A stretch of 64,000 nt of DNA from assembly GCA_030770535.1 (NCBI GenBank), contig JASVEC010000024.1, forward strand, positions 248,001 to 312,000. Direction: 5' to 3'. Positions 39,091-52,060 of this stretch are shown piece after piece (positions within the stretch are counted from its first letter, which is position 1; every line of letters starts with the position of its first letter). The position numbers and the translations under genes are program-made. This stretch comes from Batkoa obscura (taxonomy: Eukaryota). A model generated the notes under the pieces. The model worked only from the letters and a program-made list of their open reading frames with translations. It made no database searches and was not told where the DNA came from.

Positions 39091-40100
39091 CTATATTAAA
39101 TTAAATAATTTTTCGAACTGAATATCAAACTTAGCCGGTATATCATCTCCATAAATCTAAAAGAGTCAATGACCCTTAATAAATATACTAATATTACCTC
39201 TTTGATGATTGATTTTAAACTTTCAAAAGTGACTTCCGCCTTTGCTCTTGGGCCCCAATGATATTCAAAGTTGCGCTTAAGGTATTCCTCTTGGGTTGAT
39301 ATCCTCGAAGGCTGAGCTTGAGCATTTTCTTCACTAATGATTACTTTTTGCCTAATTATATAATTTTGTCTCATCAATCGAGTGATCAAGTCATCTAGTT
39401 CTTTAACAGTAAACTCTCTAAAGCTAAACATATTACGTGCCAAAGTGCCTACTTAAGTTTAGAATTGAATTTTTTTTGTTTAATATTTATTTTATTACCA
39501 TGAGATATGCAATTCTTATATACAAAAATCAAACATAATAATAACACTGTTTGTCCATCTTTTATTCTTTCGTCCATTGAAATTGGGCAGTATGGCAATC
39601 CTTCTCTTTCTTCTAAGGTTAAATTATTGACTAAAATATAGTTTTCTGAGGACTTTGGCTTTGTAATATCATCTAAATTTTACTTTAATAAGTGGTAGTT
39701 TTAATATACAAAACCTACTCTTCCTTGTACTCTTTTTTTTAGAAATTATCAAGTTTTTGGCCATTGTTTCTTTAGATTCTAACTCGATCAATTTCATACC
39801 AAAAATAGATTCCGAGATCAACTGAGCTCTTTCTATTATCGGTTTAAAATCTCTGGGATTTTCTATCTTTACTTAAGTTAATTAATAAGCAATGTTTTAA
39901 AATAAGTATCTGCAGTAAACTACCATATTTTTTTATATCTTCTCGTTTCATTGGTATTCCTTTCTCGGAAGTAATTAAAGCTAATCTTACTAAACTTTGT
40001 GCTTTTTCTTGAATATACTTTAAATAATTAAGTTTAGTATCATAATTTGTTTTTATCCTGTCTTTATTACTTGTGAATCCTCACCAGCATCTGTGTTCAT
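39091..40100 (-). CDS. NSE3: MAGE-domain protein Nse3 (Smc5/6 complex), 5 introns
   Basis: AQSLVRLAL...PMKREDI, SIFGMKLIEL, NYILVNNL and FEYHWGPRAKAEV. Confidence 0.85.
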
Positions 40101-40303
40101 TTTGCAATGTTTATAAATAAATAAAAATAGCTGAGCTTTTGATTATTTGCTTTTTAAAGTAACCAAACAAAACAAGTTGTTTAATTTATTCGTAAATTTT
40201 GTTTAAAAATAATTTAATACAAATAAGATTGAAACATAAAGCAAAATTAAAATTAAAAATAAGCAAAATTAATTTAAATCATTTTAATTTAAACTGATAA
40301 AAT

Positions 40304-42682
40304 TTAAAAAAGTTGTTTGAACTCTATTGAATTCTCAGTATCAATATCTTTGGTAAATTGATAAGAACTAAAATAAGCTATTAGCTAACGATAGTGAAAA
40401 TAAAATAATGAATTACCGCTTAAACGAAATGGTAGCATTAAATTGATCAAAAGAGAATAATTGAATGATTGAATCAACATACTGTTTAAAAGAAACTGTA
40501 TCAACCAATGGGAACAATGTTTCAATCAAGTAATTATCTAGTTTGATAATTACTAATTTTAATACATTGATTTTATGATTGTAATAAAATTCATCTAACA
40601 CTGCCAAATTTGTTTTAATTTTGTCTGTTGATTCTTCAAATATAACTAAACTATTATTTTCATAGTTATTGCCACTACTAAACTCACCAGGTAAGTTACT
40701 AATGAAGCATATTTAGTCTGTATTATAACAAATAAGTGAATAGTTTTACTTACTTTTTAATATCAATCTTATCTAACTTTGAAACGACATCATTATAAAA
40801 AGCGGTTGCTAATAAATCACTACATCTATCTATTAGCATGTTAAATGAGTTGATCAAATCATCAAATAATCCTTTGTTATTATTTGCTAATCTATCCGGA
40901 TACATTGTATGCCAAATCTCCAAAAAGAACTAAATATATTTAGTAAACATATTAACATATAAAAATAGCCTAATTACAGTTTGAGAGTCCCACTCAGATA
41001 ATACAGGCAATAGACAATGTATAGAATCTAAAACTGAGCTCATTTTTTTAACTGGAGTAATAGGAAAATGCACTCGATTTGCTATTGGGCGATATTTGTT
41101 CATATTGTAATCAAAATCATTAACCATTTTATTTAAGTGATTATAAAAGGACATCAATAACTCAAGTTGAACATTTGAAAAATATCTTAATTTATTACTC
41201 ATTGGCTTTAAATACAAATACCTTTCTATGATAGCTTCAAATAACGTAATCACCTTATCACTTATCACTGTTATTCTACTATTATTTGTAGTATTCATTA
41301 ATTCAAATGCATCTTTTGATTCTATGAAATGAGTCAATCGTTTTAACACGAACTCTTTTTCCATACTAATCCATATATTAAACACGCCTTTATCATTTAA
41401 ATAAATAGCACTGATACTATACCATTGAATATTTTTGTAATCGGTTATTATTTCATCTTTAATAATATGATCATATTCCAACAGCTGTTTAATAAAATTA
41501 TTCAAATACTCACTATGAATAATTTCTGCTTTAATAATACTTAGTTTGTATTTTATAAGTAAATAGACAGCTTTAATAAATAATTGTAAATAATTAAAGT
41601 TAGTATCACTCAACAAATGGAACAACTCAACATGTTGCTTTATAATATCAACTAAATATTCTAAAAACCATTCTGGTTTATCTAATCGATTAGTTGCCAA
41701 TTTGCCCATAAAATGATAGCGAAACTTTTGCGTTATAGGTAACATCATTAGGTCAAAGGGTAATAAACCTATTACTAACTCATCGATATCATTTATAGGC
41801 TTCAATTCATTTGAATATCTACTGTTATTAATATTTATTATTATTATGATTAAAATCATTACTTTAATTGTAGCCTTAATAGCTCATTAAAACTTTTATT
41901 AAACTTTTTTAATAAAATTTCATTCTCTTTCGAAAGTTGAATTAAATCAACGTCACCTGGCCACTTCATTTCCTGTAATACCTTGCTAAATTGTCTGTAA
42001 TAGATATTATTATTTATTTTCTCATAGTAGTTCATAAAAGCTATACCTTATCAAATTATTTTGTAAGCTATTTTTAAACACCTCAAACTTAAACTCCAAA
42101 TAGAACAATAAATTCTTAAATTCATTATTATTTCTCAATCCTTTTATCTTTGCTTCTAATTTATCCATACTTCCCACATCACAAATATCTGTACTTTCAA
42201 TTTCCTTTTCAACTTCATCACTAAACAAAAAATCAAGTTAAAAATCAGAAACAAAATTATCATTCTTACCATAACATCAAACATTCATACAGATGTTCAA
42301 AATAACTTATGCTATTTTTTAAGTTTAATTCATAACTTTCTAAATCCAAAATCTCTTTCACCCACAAATAACTATCATTAAAAACCTCAGCATCCCTATT
42401 CAACTGCGGTATCTCTTCTTTGACCTCTTCGAATTTATGCCTAAACCCTTGGATCTTAGTTGTGTATTCCTCAAGCGTTACTAAGGTTGTTGTTTTGGTA
42501 GTAGACAACTTAAAATTAATTATAGTTTGCTATTGGTTTTTAATATATTAAATTACCTCACTTTCGATTCTAACCAAGTTTTCTTGTTCTTTGATTACTA
42601 TATTATCGATATTTTCCAATTCTTCAAAGTTTTTGAGAGCTCCGTTAAGGCTTTCTAGTAGTTTTAAATCTTGTTCTGTCAT
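40304..42682 (-). CDS. TIP20: RINT-1/Tip20 family ER tethering factor, ~6 introns
   Basis: LQEMKWP and the family signature PFDLMMLPITQKFRYHFMGKLATNRLDKPEWFL. The 3' end is approximate. Confidence 0.85.
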
Positions 42683-43145
42683 TTTTTAAATTTTAGAACA
42701 ATTTTTTTAGTATTAAAAAAAAATCAAAATAGCTACATTTTCAAAAAATGAACTAATTTTTAATTAAAGTAGTTTTATGTAATAAAACGTCAGCGTTCCT
42801 TACTTTATAAAATTGGAGGGGATTAATATTTTAACAGCACAAAGTATTATGTTATATAGTTTTTAAATAATATATCATCATCATTCAGCTAATACAGTAA
42901 TTTATTAAAATTAATGCCTTAAAATAAAATCTAGACCATATAAAATATAAAATATAAAATATAAAATATAACAAAAGTAATAATAAGTGCATAACAAGGA
43001 ATCAAAATAAATGTATATTAAATCAAAAAAGCGAAATAATTAAAACAACTAAAATTCCAAATATTACAAAATCAACAATAATTAAAAGTTTAGATCATAT
43101 TATTAGTTTTTACAACATCTCAAAAATGCCAAAAATTAAATTCTT

Positions 43146-45774
43146 TTAGTTTTCATCCCTATTTTGTTTCTTGTGTAAATTAAAGCTAAATCCCGAACGT
43201 GCACCCGATGAATAGTTACGTGTTCTTAAAGGTAATGTATTAAATTGATATATATGATTCGGGTACCTAGATTTCGAAATGGAATTGAAAGGGGACAAGT
43301 CAAAGTTAGTAGGCCTTCTAGGCTGTCGACTTTCTGGATTTAAAATTCGACTTTGAATCCCTTTAATGTGTGGTGAATTCTTTATGTTTAATATTATGGG
43401 TCGGATCCTATCAATTAGCTATTTTATTTATTAAACTTATCCAATTAAAAACAAATTGATTTACCATATCTCTTTGATTATTATCGGCAAAATCAAGACA
43501 AGTTTGAACCACATAATTTGCATAAGAGTCATCAATAAGCATCTCTAAATCATCTGAACACATAATTTCATTAACAAGTTGATGGCGCAACATAGAATCA
43601 GCCATCCTTATACATTTTTCTATTACATTTGAACTAAATTTTTGTACAGAAAGGTGGCGCACATGTCCAAAAAAGTTTTTTATCAATCCCATGGTGTACG
43701 CTGGATTAGATAGATCAAGTACATGCTGGACCACATAATTACCATAAGGATCTTGCACTAAGGACAGTGCGTTCTGTGTTATTGCAATTACTAGTTGATC
43801 TCGTTGATAATCATTGGCTCGATCAAAGCATTTTTGAATAACACAGCACCCATGTTTATGTGTTGAAATAGCTATACAATTATTAAATATTGAGTCATAT
43901 ACAAACTATAAAATATTAATGTTATTAACCTAATGTTACAAAAATAAACTGCTTACTTGATTATTTTTTGAAGATAATTTATTAACACAAACTTGTACCA
44001 CATGATTACCGTTTAAATCCTACCAAAATTAGTTAAGATTCATCCTATTTTTATTCCATGATTGCTTACCTTTATCATGGATACTACATTTCTTTTGAGT
44101 GATTCTATGATTATACCGATCTAACTAAAGTTAATGGATGAAATAAAAAACCAGTATATACCTTACCGCTTCATTAGCTTCGCGTTCATCATAGTAAGTC
44201 AAATACCCTAAAATCTTCTGGACTACACGAGTACCATGATTATTTAAAGAGATACGAAAAAGATTTGAAGAGGAAGCTCTTATAAGCTCAGTAAATTGAT
44301 AAAGATTGGCTACTTCCATCAATTTTTGACATAAATAATTCCCGAATGGATCAACCATTAAATCAGGAAAATAACCTTTTACTTGTTCATAAATTAGCTG
44401 GATATTCTTTGGATCTCCTTCCTGTAGAATTCGCTGAAGGTATCGACACCCTATCTGATCCCGGCTTAGATAATATATCTCATCACTAAGTTCTTCAATT
44501 GTTTTACCCTCAAAGTTATATTCTATAAAAGTAATTAATTTACAAAGTAAATATAATATAAAAATAGTTACCAAGGGGCTGATTCAACTTGATTTGAATA
44601 ATATTCTCAGGTTGAAGTTCAATTTCAGGTTCAATTTCTTTAAAACTCTCTGTAATATTTGAACTTCTATAAGTATCTTCTTGAACTTGTTTTTTGTAAA
44701 ACTCAGTATCCATGATATTAAAGTTTAATTGACCTCTTGGACTTAGGGGTTCTTGAACGGGTAAAGCTGTGTGAGAATAATGACAAAGGTTACCTCTTGC
44801 ACAATATCCATATTGAAAGTAACGACATGGTATTGCGTTACGAAATGGTAAAGATGTGAAATTACGGCGCATAGGGAAATTTAATGAACTTTGATTCGCT
44901 GAAGCCATAATTCCTAACTCTATTTTCAAATTTTAGATACTAATTCTATCAAATTTAGATAAGTAAGTTTACCATTCCTTCGCATGTTTAAGCGATAATT
45001 GAATTCGGATTTTTCTAAATTCATTGGACCCAAATTCCCTCTTCCTGCTTGTTGTAACCTAAAAGATGAATCATAGCTATCAACTTCTGTTCTTTCAGTC
45101 TTAAGTCAATCTTTTAGTATTGTTTTTATAAATATAAATGAATTTTACTAAGTCACTATAACGATCAAAGGTAGTCGTTTGTGAAGTAATCAACTCTTCA
45201 ATTCCTTCTGAAAGGGCAGGATTCATAGTTGCAATAGCTATAGTTAATCCATTAATACCATTATTATGAAAAGATCAGTTTAGTACCCTGAGTTTTATTT
45301 ATTCTTTTATCCATTGAAGTTAAATCCTCAAGGGGTAACTTTTCGCTACTTATACTTTCTAAACGTATATTAGTAACTGAAATAGTACTTAATTGTATGA
45401 ACCTTACCTCTGTTACTATTTAACTGAATGTTATTTTTTACTTCTTTATCATCTAAGAAATCAAGATCCTTTAGTAAAGCATCGAGTTCATCAGAGTTGT
45501 GACGAGAAACAGGAACAGAGCGAACAGCAGAAAAAAAGTTCAAAGTCTCTGGACTATAGCTAGCTACTTTGTTATTGTCATTATTATTAAATCTAGCGGG
45601 TGGACGCCTTAATGCCAAATTAAATGAACTGGCTTTAGCATTTTTAATTGAGTCTGAGTCTTTTTTAGCTTCAATTATTGCACTTTGTGAACGCGAAAAT
45701 GGGGTAAACAAAAATAAATCGTTATTATTTGGACTCGTTGAACTGCTTTTTTTGCTATCTCCTTCTTCAGACAT
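43146..45774 (-). CDS. PUF4: Pumilio/PUF RNA-binding protein of Puf4 type with a CCCH zinc finger
   Basis: Eight PUF repeats with recognition motifs CRYLQ, NYLCQ, TRVVQ, NHVVQ, CCVIQ, NYVVQ, SNVIE and NYVVQ. Upstream CRYFQYGYCARGNLCHYSH finger. N-terminal exons are approximate. Confidence 0.85.
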
Positions 45775-48469
45775 TAAATTAAAAAATAAATTTTGACTAC
45801 CGTGTAATGAATGATCCTACAAATAGAGTTAAATCAAAGATTATTATAAACTAAAGTAGACCAATTACCACTGAAAATGGAAAGTAAGTTGATGGATTAT
45901 ACTAGAAATAAGTTAGAAAATAAAATATAGTATACATTTGAAATTTGAAATACCGAAAATGAAGTTGATCTTTTTAAACTTAAAATTGTTTTTTCCAAAT
46001 AAGTTGAACTTATATGGGTATTGGTATTATTATTACTTTTAAAGACAAGCTCTGTACTTAATAATGATAAGCTCTTAGTCCTATAGATATCTCTTTCTTC
46101 AGAGTTATAGGATGGATAAGCTGGGGGATCAAAAGCTAGAGAAGGAAAAGAAAAAAAAGACATGATCAGAAAATAATAATAAAAAAAGATAATTGGATTA
46201 TGAATTGAGCAAGGATAAAAATAAGCAAATAAACTGGTATAATAATTAATAATTGTGCTATAAAAAGAGAGTTACCTTTTCTACAAGAATTGACAATTGA
46301 ATTGATAAACTTAGGGGCTTCAACACAGTGAATGAAGATAAAAGATTACGTTGACTTTTAGCTTAAAACTGAAAATTCAATTAAGCAGCCTTTTTATTTA
46401 TATGATAAAATTTTAATCAAGCCTAGAGGATTTTTACTTTTGTATTTGAATTTATAAAAATAATTAACATCCCTTAATTAGCCTCTCTATCTAAAAAAGG
46501 GAATAGTTATTATGAATTCAACGTCACTTTTTTTAAATTAAGAATTTAATTTCATTTTGTGATTTCATGCTAACATTTAATGCTAGCAAATAAGTAAAAT
46601 TTGAATTAAAATGCAAATGTTAGAAATTGCTATCAAAAGTAAAATAAACTTGAAAAAAAAAAAATAATATCAATTTCTGGTATATCAGTTAAATTACCAG
46701 ATGGTAATTTGATATTTCAATTTAGAATCTATTTTTAATAATTATCAACTACTAAAATTGGAGTCATTAGCTTGACTTCCCCTTAATGTTAACGAATAGT
46801 TTTATCCTACATCAAGATACCATAACTCAAATCAAGAAGGGTAACATAACGTTATTAAAAACCGGTTTAATTATTATTAAATCGAGAACAAACTTTATGA
46901 ATATTCTTTTTTAATACAATATTAAATAAGTAGTCTTAATATTATTAAAAGATAAAATATATTCAAGTTATTCTTACATTTACAACATATTAATCGTTAT
47001 TCTATTATATATATCTTTAGAATCATATATATATTTTTAAATATTTTCTTATTTCTTAGTGATCTTTCTGGTTTATTAAAAGACTATTTAAATGCCATTT
47101 GATCATAACTATTCTTTAACATAATAATCTTGTAATATTAATTAAGTGTACCGAATCGAGCAATATTAAAAGTAATTAATTAATAATTTAATTGATTAAA
47201 AATTAAAATTCAAATATAGAAATTTGGCTATTATTATTGTTAATAATTATCCTTTTTCTATTTTTCCTGATGATATTAAATTTCCTTAGAGAAATCAGAT
47301 TGATGTTGCTAAATAGTATTGTTAATTATCTTTATGGTATTTATTGTTGTCATATTTATCTAATATGTTTAATAATTATTTAAAGCTTAAATGAAAACCT
47401 CAAAGTAAATATTAAACAGATGGTTCTATTAAAGATTTATTAAATAGCTATTTAATAAATTAATACAAAAAAGGTATTTAACTGCCTCAACATCATTACT
47501 TCAAAATCTCACAAAAGCGGATAACATTTCCTTAAGTTTGATTCACATAAAGTAACTATAATATTTTAAATATTTATGAAATGAGATCATTAAATAATGA
47601 ATAAATTTTATTGTACTATTGTAAGTCAATGATTACTAACAACCTTCTATTTATTTTTAGAAATGTTGAATAGATTACATGAATAGATAACAAGCTGATT
47701 TATATAAGGGAGGTGAAATGAATAAAATGGGAGATTTACTTGGTGAATTAACTGGTATATGAACTTTAAAATTCTAGGCTTTAAAATCGGGCTTATTCTC
47801 ATTAAATTTTTATATTTTAAAGAAAAAATATTTTATCTTTGATACAACATACTTATCTCAAGTTTTTTAACAAATGTTTACTTATATATATCGAATTAGT
47901 ACAATCTTAATACTTCAACATATTTACATTTATCAATAAAATATTTTATGTATGTAGTTTACTATATAATGCTTTAATAGCATTACTCATTCTATTAATT
48001 CAAGTAAATTGAATATTAGTTAGATGTTTCAGAAGAGTCATGAATTATTATGAAATATCATTGACTTTATTTCCTATCAACTATAGCCTACAAATCGATC
48101 AGTTATAAATTGTAGCTCTGGGTAATTGTGATAAATCTATAGTCAATATACCTCATTTAATAGGCTTACATTTGATATGTTTGTCATTAGCTATTTAAAC
48201 TTTAAATCATTTGAATCTAAGATTAAATATTTAGTAACTTTAAGAAGGTTAGTTATCTAAAATTAATACACCTTATATAGCGTATTTTAATATTTTTAGT
48301 TGTTATTCGGATTCTTATCATATGTAGTAAAAGAAACGATCATTTTTTATAATAATTAATATGTCGATTTAATTTAACATAGTTCAATAGATATACCACT
48401 TTTAAACTGATAGGTCTCAAATTTGTTTAAAGTATTAGCTTTTGACATTATTAAATAACAGTTTATAGC

Positions 48470-48630
48470 TTATAGTTTCCTGACTTCAATGTTTGTTAAA
48501 GAATAGTTTATAGTCTACTAACTTCAGTATTTGTTAAGGAATAGTTTGTAGTTTACTAACTTCAGTCTCGTTAGAGAATAGTTATAGTTTCCAAATTTTC
48601 ATATTAAAATTCAGTCTTTGTTGAATAATT
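48470..48630. repeat. Imperfect ~38-bp tandem repeat x3-4
   Basis: Unit ~TTTATAGTCTACTAACTTCAGTATTTGTTAAGGAATAG at ~48470, 48507 and 48545, with partial copies after. Confidence 0.8.
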
Positions 48631-48770
48631 CTATGAATTAAGTTAAAGAGTCTTAGTAAACAAATAGAAAATTGGTTTCTTTAATCTTATACTAGTTTAA
48701 AAATAAGATAGATAAAAATATTGAATTTAATTTTTATCTTCTAAGTAATATTAAATATTGAAACCTTAAT

Positions 48771-48876
48771 ATAGAAGGATGCATTTTTGTATTTAAGAAT
48801 TTTACTAACGATCTTTTCACTTGAATAATGTTTAAAAGATAGAAAAAATGATGAGATCAAAAAGATATCCCCATAT
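48771..48876 (-). mobile_element. MITE-like copy (diverged, reverse orientation)
   Basis: GGATGCATTTTTGTATTTAAGAATTTTACTAAC...GATATCCCCATAT. Confidence 0.8.
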
Positions 48877-48939
48877 ACATAAATTAAAATACAAAAAAGA
48901 GAGTTTTAGTTAAATAATCTATAAAGAAAAGTCGGAAAG

Positions 48940-49078
48940 TTTGAAGAATGGAAATACTAGAAAGGGTATGGAGTGGGATTTTTTTCCAAAATCTATTCTG
49001 TGTTGTAAATAGAATATATACAATAGAATTATGTGAAAAATCCTCTCCATACCCTTTCTAGTATTTCCATTCTTTAAA
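48940..49078. mobile_element. 139-bp fold-back element with ~45-bp inverted arms (second MITE-like type)
   Basis: TTTGAAGAATGGAAATACTAGAAAGGGTATGGAG (48940) pairs with CTCCATACCCTTTCTAGTATTTCCATTCTTTAAA (ends 49078), one mismatch in 34 nt. Only one copy in the window. Confidence 0.65.
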
Positions 49079-49183
49079 TATGAGGATGTTTTTTTTGACT
49101 TCATCACTTTTTCTATCTTTAAGCGCTATTTGAGTGGAAAAATTGTTAGTAAAATTCTTAAATATAAAAATACATTCCCATAT
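49078..49183 (+). mobile_element. MITE-like copy
   Basis: ATATGAGGATGTTTT...AAGCGCTATTTGAGTGGAAA...TACATTCCCATAT. Confidence 0.85.
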
Positions 49184-49711
49184 ATTAACCTCTTTTTATA
49201 GTCTAATTTTTTTATAGGTTTTTACTTCTTTTAATCCCTTCATTTACTTTATGTTTAAAAAGGAGTTTACTTCAGCAGAATAGCCCACATTCTTTCGAAT
49301 TTAGAATAAATACATTCTATTTGTAAATAAATAACTTTTAATATTTCAGTAAAATTATATTACCGAATCATACCTTCCTTTTTCTATTTTTACAATCTTT
49401 TTTCAAAATAAAGTCTATTAAACTTTAAAAATCCTTAAATTATTTAAATTATTTAATACAAATGATATTGTTTTTATAATTATATTATTCTAATAATCAA
49501 ATTATATATTAATAATAAACTAACAACTTATGAGAAACAAAAGATAATTTGGTTATTTAAATTAAATAGATTATACTATAAAAAACTATATTTAAACTTA
49601 TTAAATTGAATATTCATATATAATAGTAACATTTGGAAGATATCAAAATAATCAAATTATAATTTTTATTTGAATTATTAAATATTCAAATTCGTTATCA
49701 ATAATTACTAA

Positions 49712-51545
49712 CTAATTATTTTCGATGATAATATATTAATCCAGAACCAATTACTAATAACATAGCAATTATACTTTTATCGTTTCTTTTACTTAATTGA
49801 TAAGAGTCACTTTCTTTATGAATATTAATATCTTGTTTAATCTAATAAATTATGAAATATCAATATTAATTTGTATATTTTTTAAATAAAATATTATTAA
49901 TTCAATTTACCTGACCATACCATATAGAAATTGGTATAAACAATGAGTCCGTTGGAACTGACTTTTTAATAATTTGAATTGAATAAGTCTCAAAGATATC
50001 TACTACATTATCTAAACTAATAGATTCCATAATAAGCTAGATAAAAAATTAATTAATATTTTATCAAATTAAAATTATTAATAAACAAATATTACATTAA
50101 CTGCTTCTCCTTTACGGATTTTAACATTCTTTTTAAATACATCTGGATTATTATAAACTAATGCAATTGTTGAAATAGCCATGACCTAATAAAATGAATA
50201 TAAAAAATTAAGAATTTATTTTAAACTAAATATCAAAGCTTACTTGTGGAATAGCACAAAAATTAAAACAAGATGGGTTTTTAATTTTAGACATATATTT
50301 AATACAGTCTTTAGCATGTTGTAAGGCATTAAAACAAAGTTCATTAAGGCAATCTACAGCCTAAAAATATAAAAAAATAAAATAAATATTATTATTTATA
50401 AATTTATAAATAGTTTTACTTTCGATTGATTTTCTTCTTTTGTAAAATCACCAATATCTTCTACATATTTGTTCCATATTTCCTTTGGCCAAAAGCAACG
50501 ACCATCGATATAATCTTCAAGATAATCACGTATAATGTTTACTTTCTGTAAAAATAATCCCATTGAATTAGCCCTATTAAATCAAATTCTATTAATATCA
50601 ATTTAGAATATTATTATTAAAATTAATTACAATTCTAAATCATCAGCAATAGAAGGATCTTTTATATAATAATAACAATAACAATAATTAATAAAATATT
50701 GAATTTGTTTTTAACTATAATTAATTTACCTTCAAGTCCAGATACAGAAAATAATCGAGTTAAGCCATGACCAACTAAACCAGCTACATAATGACAATAA
50801 AGATCCCAATCTTGAATTGATTCTACTTTTCTTTGTGCAAAATCAGCCATGCCATTAGCCATTTTCTTAGTAATATCTATAATTACTTGTTGATATCTAA
50901 TAAAAAGTATAAAAATAAAAATAAAAATAAAATAAATATTAATTACTCATTTTTAAGTTTTAAAAATTCTTCAATAACTACATCAAATTCTTGTAATAAT
51001 ATAGCATCTTTTTCGTTAGGGCCATCTAATTTGATTTTTTAATATTAATTTGTTTTATTAGCTTATAACTTTTAATTTACTTTCATGAAAAGTCCATCCT
51101 TTTTGTTGAATACTATTATGAAATTCTCTTAATAATTCTAATTTTTTTTGTAATGGTATACTCATATCATCCTCTATATAAAAAATAGAATGAAACAAAG
51201 TTATTTAACTTTAATAATAATCATTAAAATAATAATTACCAATAGTATCTAATCCTCTTAAAATAAGATAAAATAAACAAATCTATATAAAAAATTCCAT
51301 TATTAATATCCCTAATTAAGTTGAAACTAATGAATTACTGGAAGTCTTAGTTCTTCGTCTAATTCTAAGATAACAGCAGCAAAAGATCTAGAAGTTAAAA
51401 GTAAAAACTCATAACATCTTCTTTCTGTATTAGATTTAATAAAATCTAATTTTTGAGTAGTAGCATTGGATGAAAATTTAAATTTTAATAAGGAATAGAT
51501 TTCTCTTGGGTAAAACAAGGACTCTTTAATAGCTTTAATGGACAT
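49712..51545 (-). CDS. ERG9: Squalene synthase (farnesyl-diphosphate farnesyltransferase), ~11 introns
   Basis: [72 protein letters not shown] and a C-terminal TM helix. Confidence 0.95.
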
Positions 51546-52060
51546 TTTGTTTGTTAAATTATTATAAAAGATAAATGAATTTGACTTTTTAAATTAAATT
51601 TAAATTATTTGGAATCAAACTTACTCAATTCTTATTGGTTCTTAATTCCATTTCGGGGGATTTTTCAGTTTAAAAATCTTTCGATTTTTTAATGATTGGG
51701 TGGATCTTAATTATAAATAGATATTTGTTAAAATTTCAAATATTAATAAATTATTACTATTACACTAATAAAATACTTTATAAAAAGATTTAATTTAATG
51801 AGAAATAAAATTAATTTAATTTGAGTTTCTGTTTTTTTGTAATTAAACATTTATTTTTATTAATTGTTTTGAATTATATTAACTTACTTTTTTTAATAAT
51901 AATATTATCTTCTATGAGATATTGAATTATTTTATAATATTTAATTTTTTACACAAAATGAAATTAAACTCAAGTATTTAAAAATAATTTTACTTAAATT
52001 GATTTATTAATGAATTGAAATTTACTATTATTATTATTTATTATATTCTATTTATTTACA

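Noticed and set aside
48919..49107. 62-aa ORF, and similar AT-rich ORFs at 13287-13481 and 25692-25889
   Set aside because: Low-complexity chance ORFs. This one is read through the fold-back and MITE sequence.
17270..51545. HMG-CoA lyase plus squalene synthase as an isoprenoid gene cluster
   Set aside because: They are more than 31 kb apart, separated by unrelated housekeeping genes.
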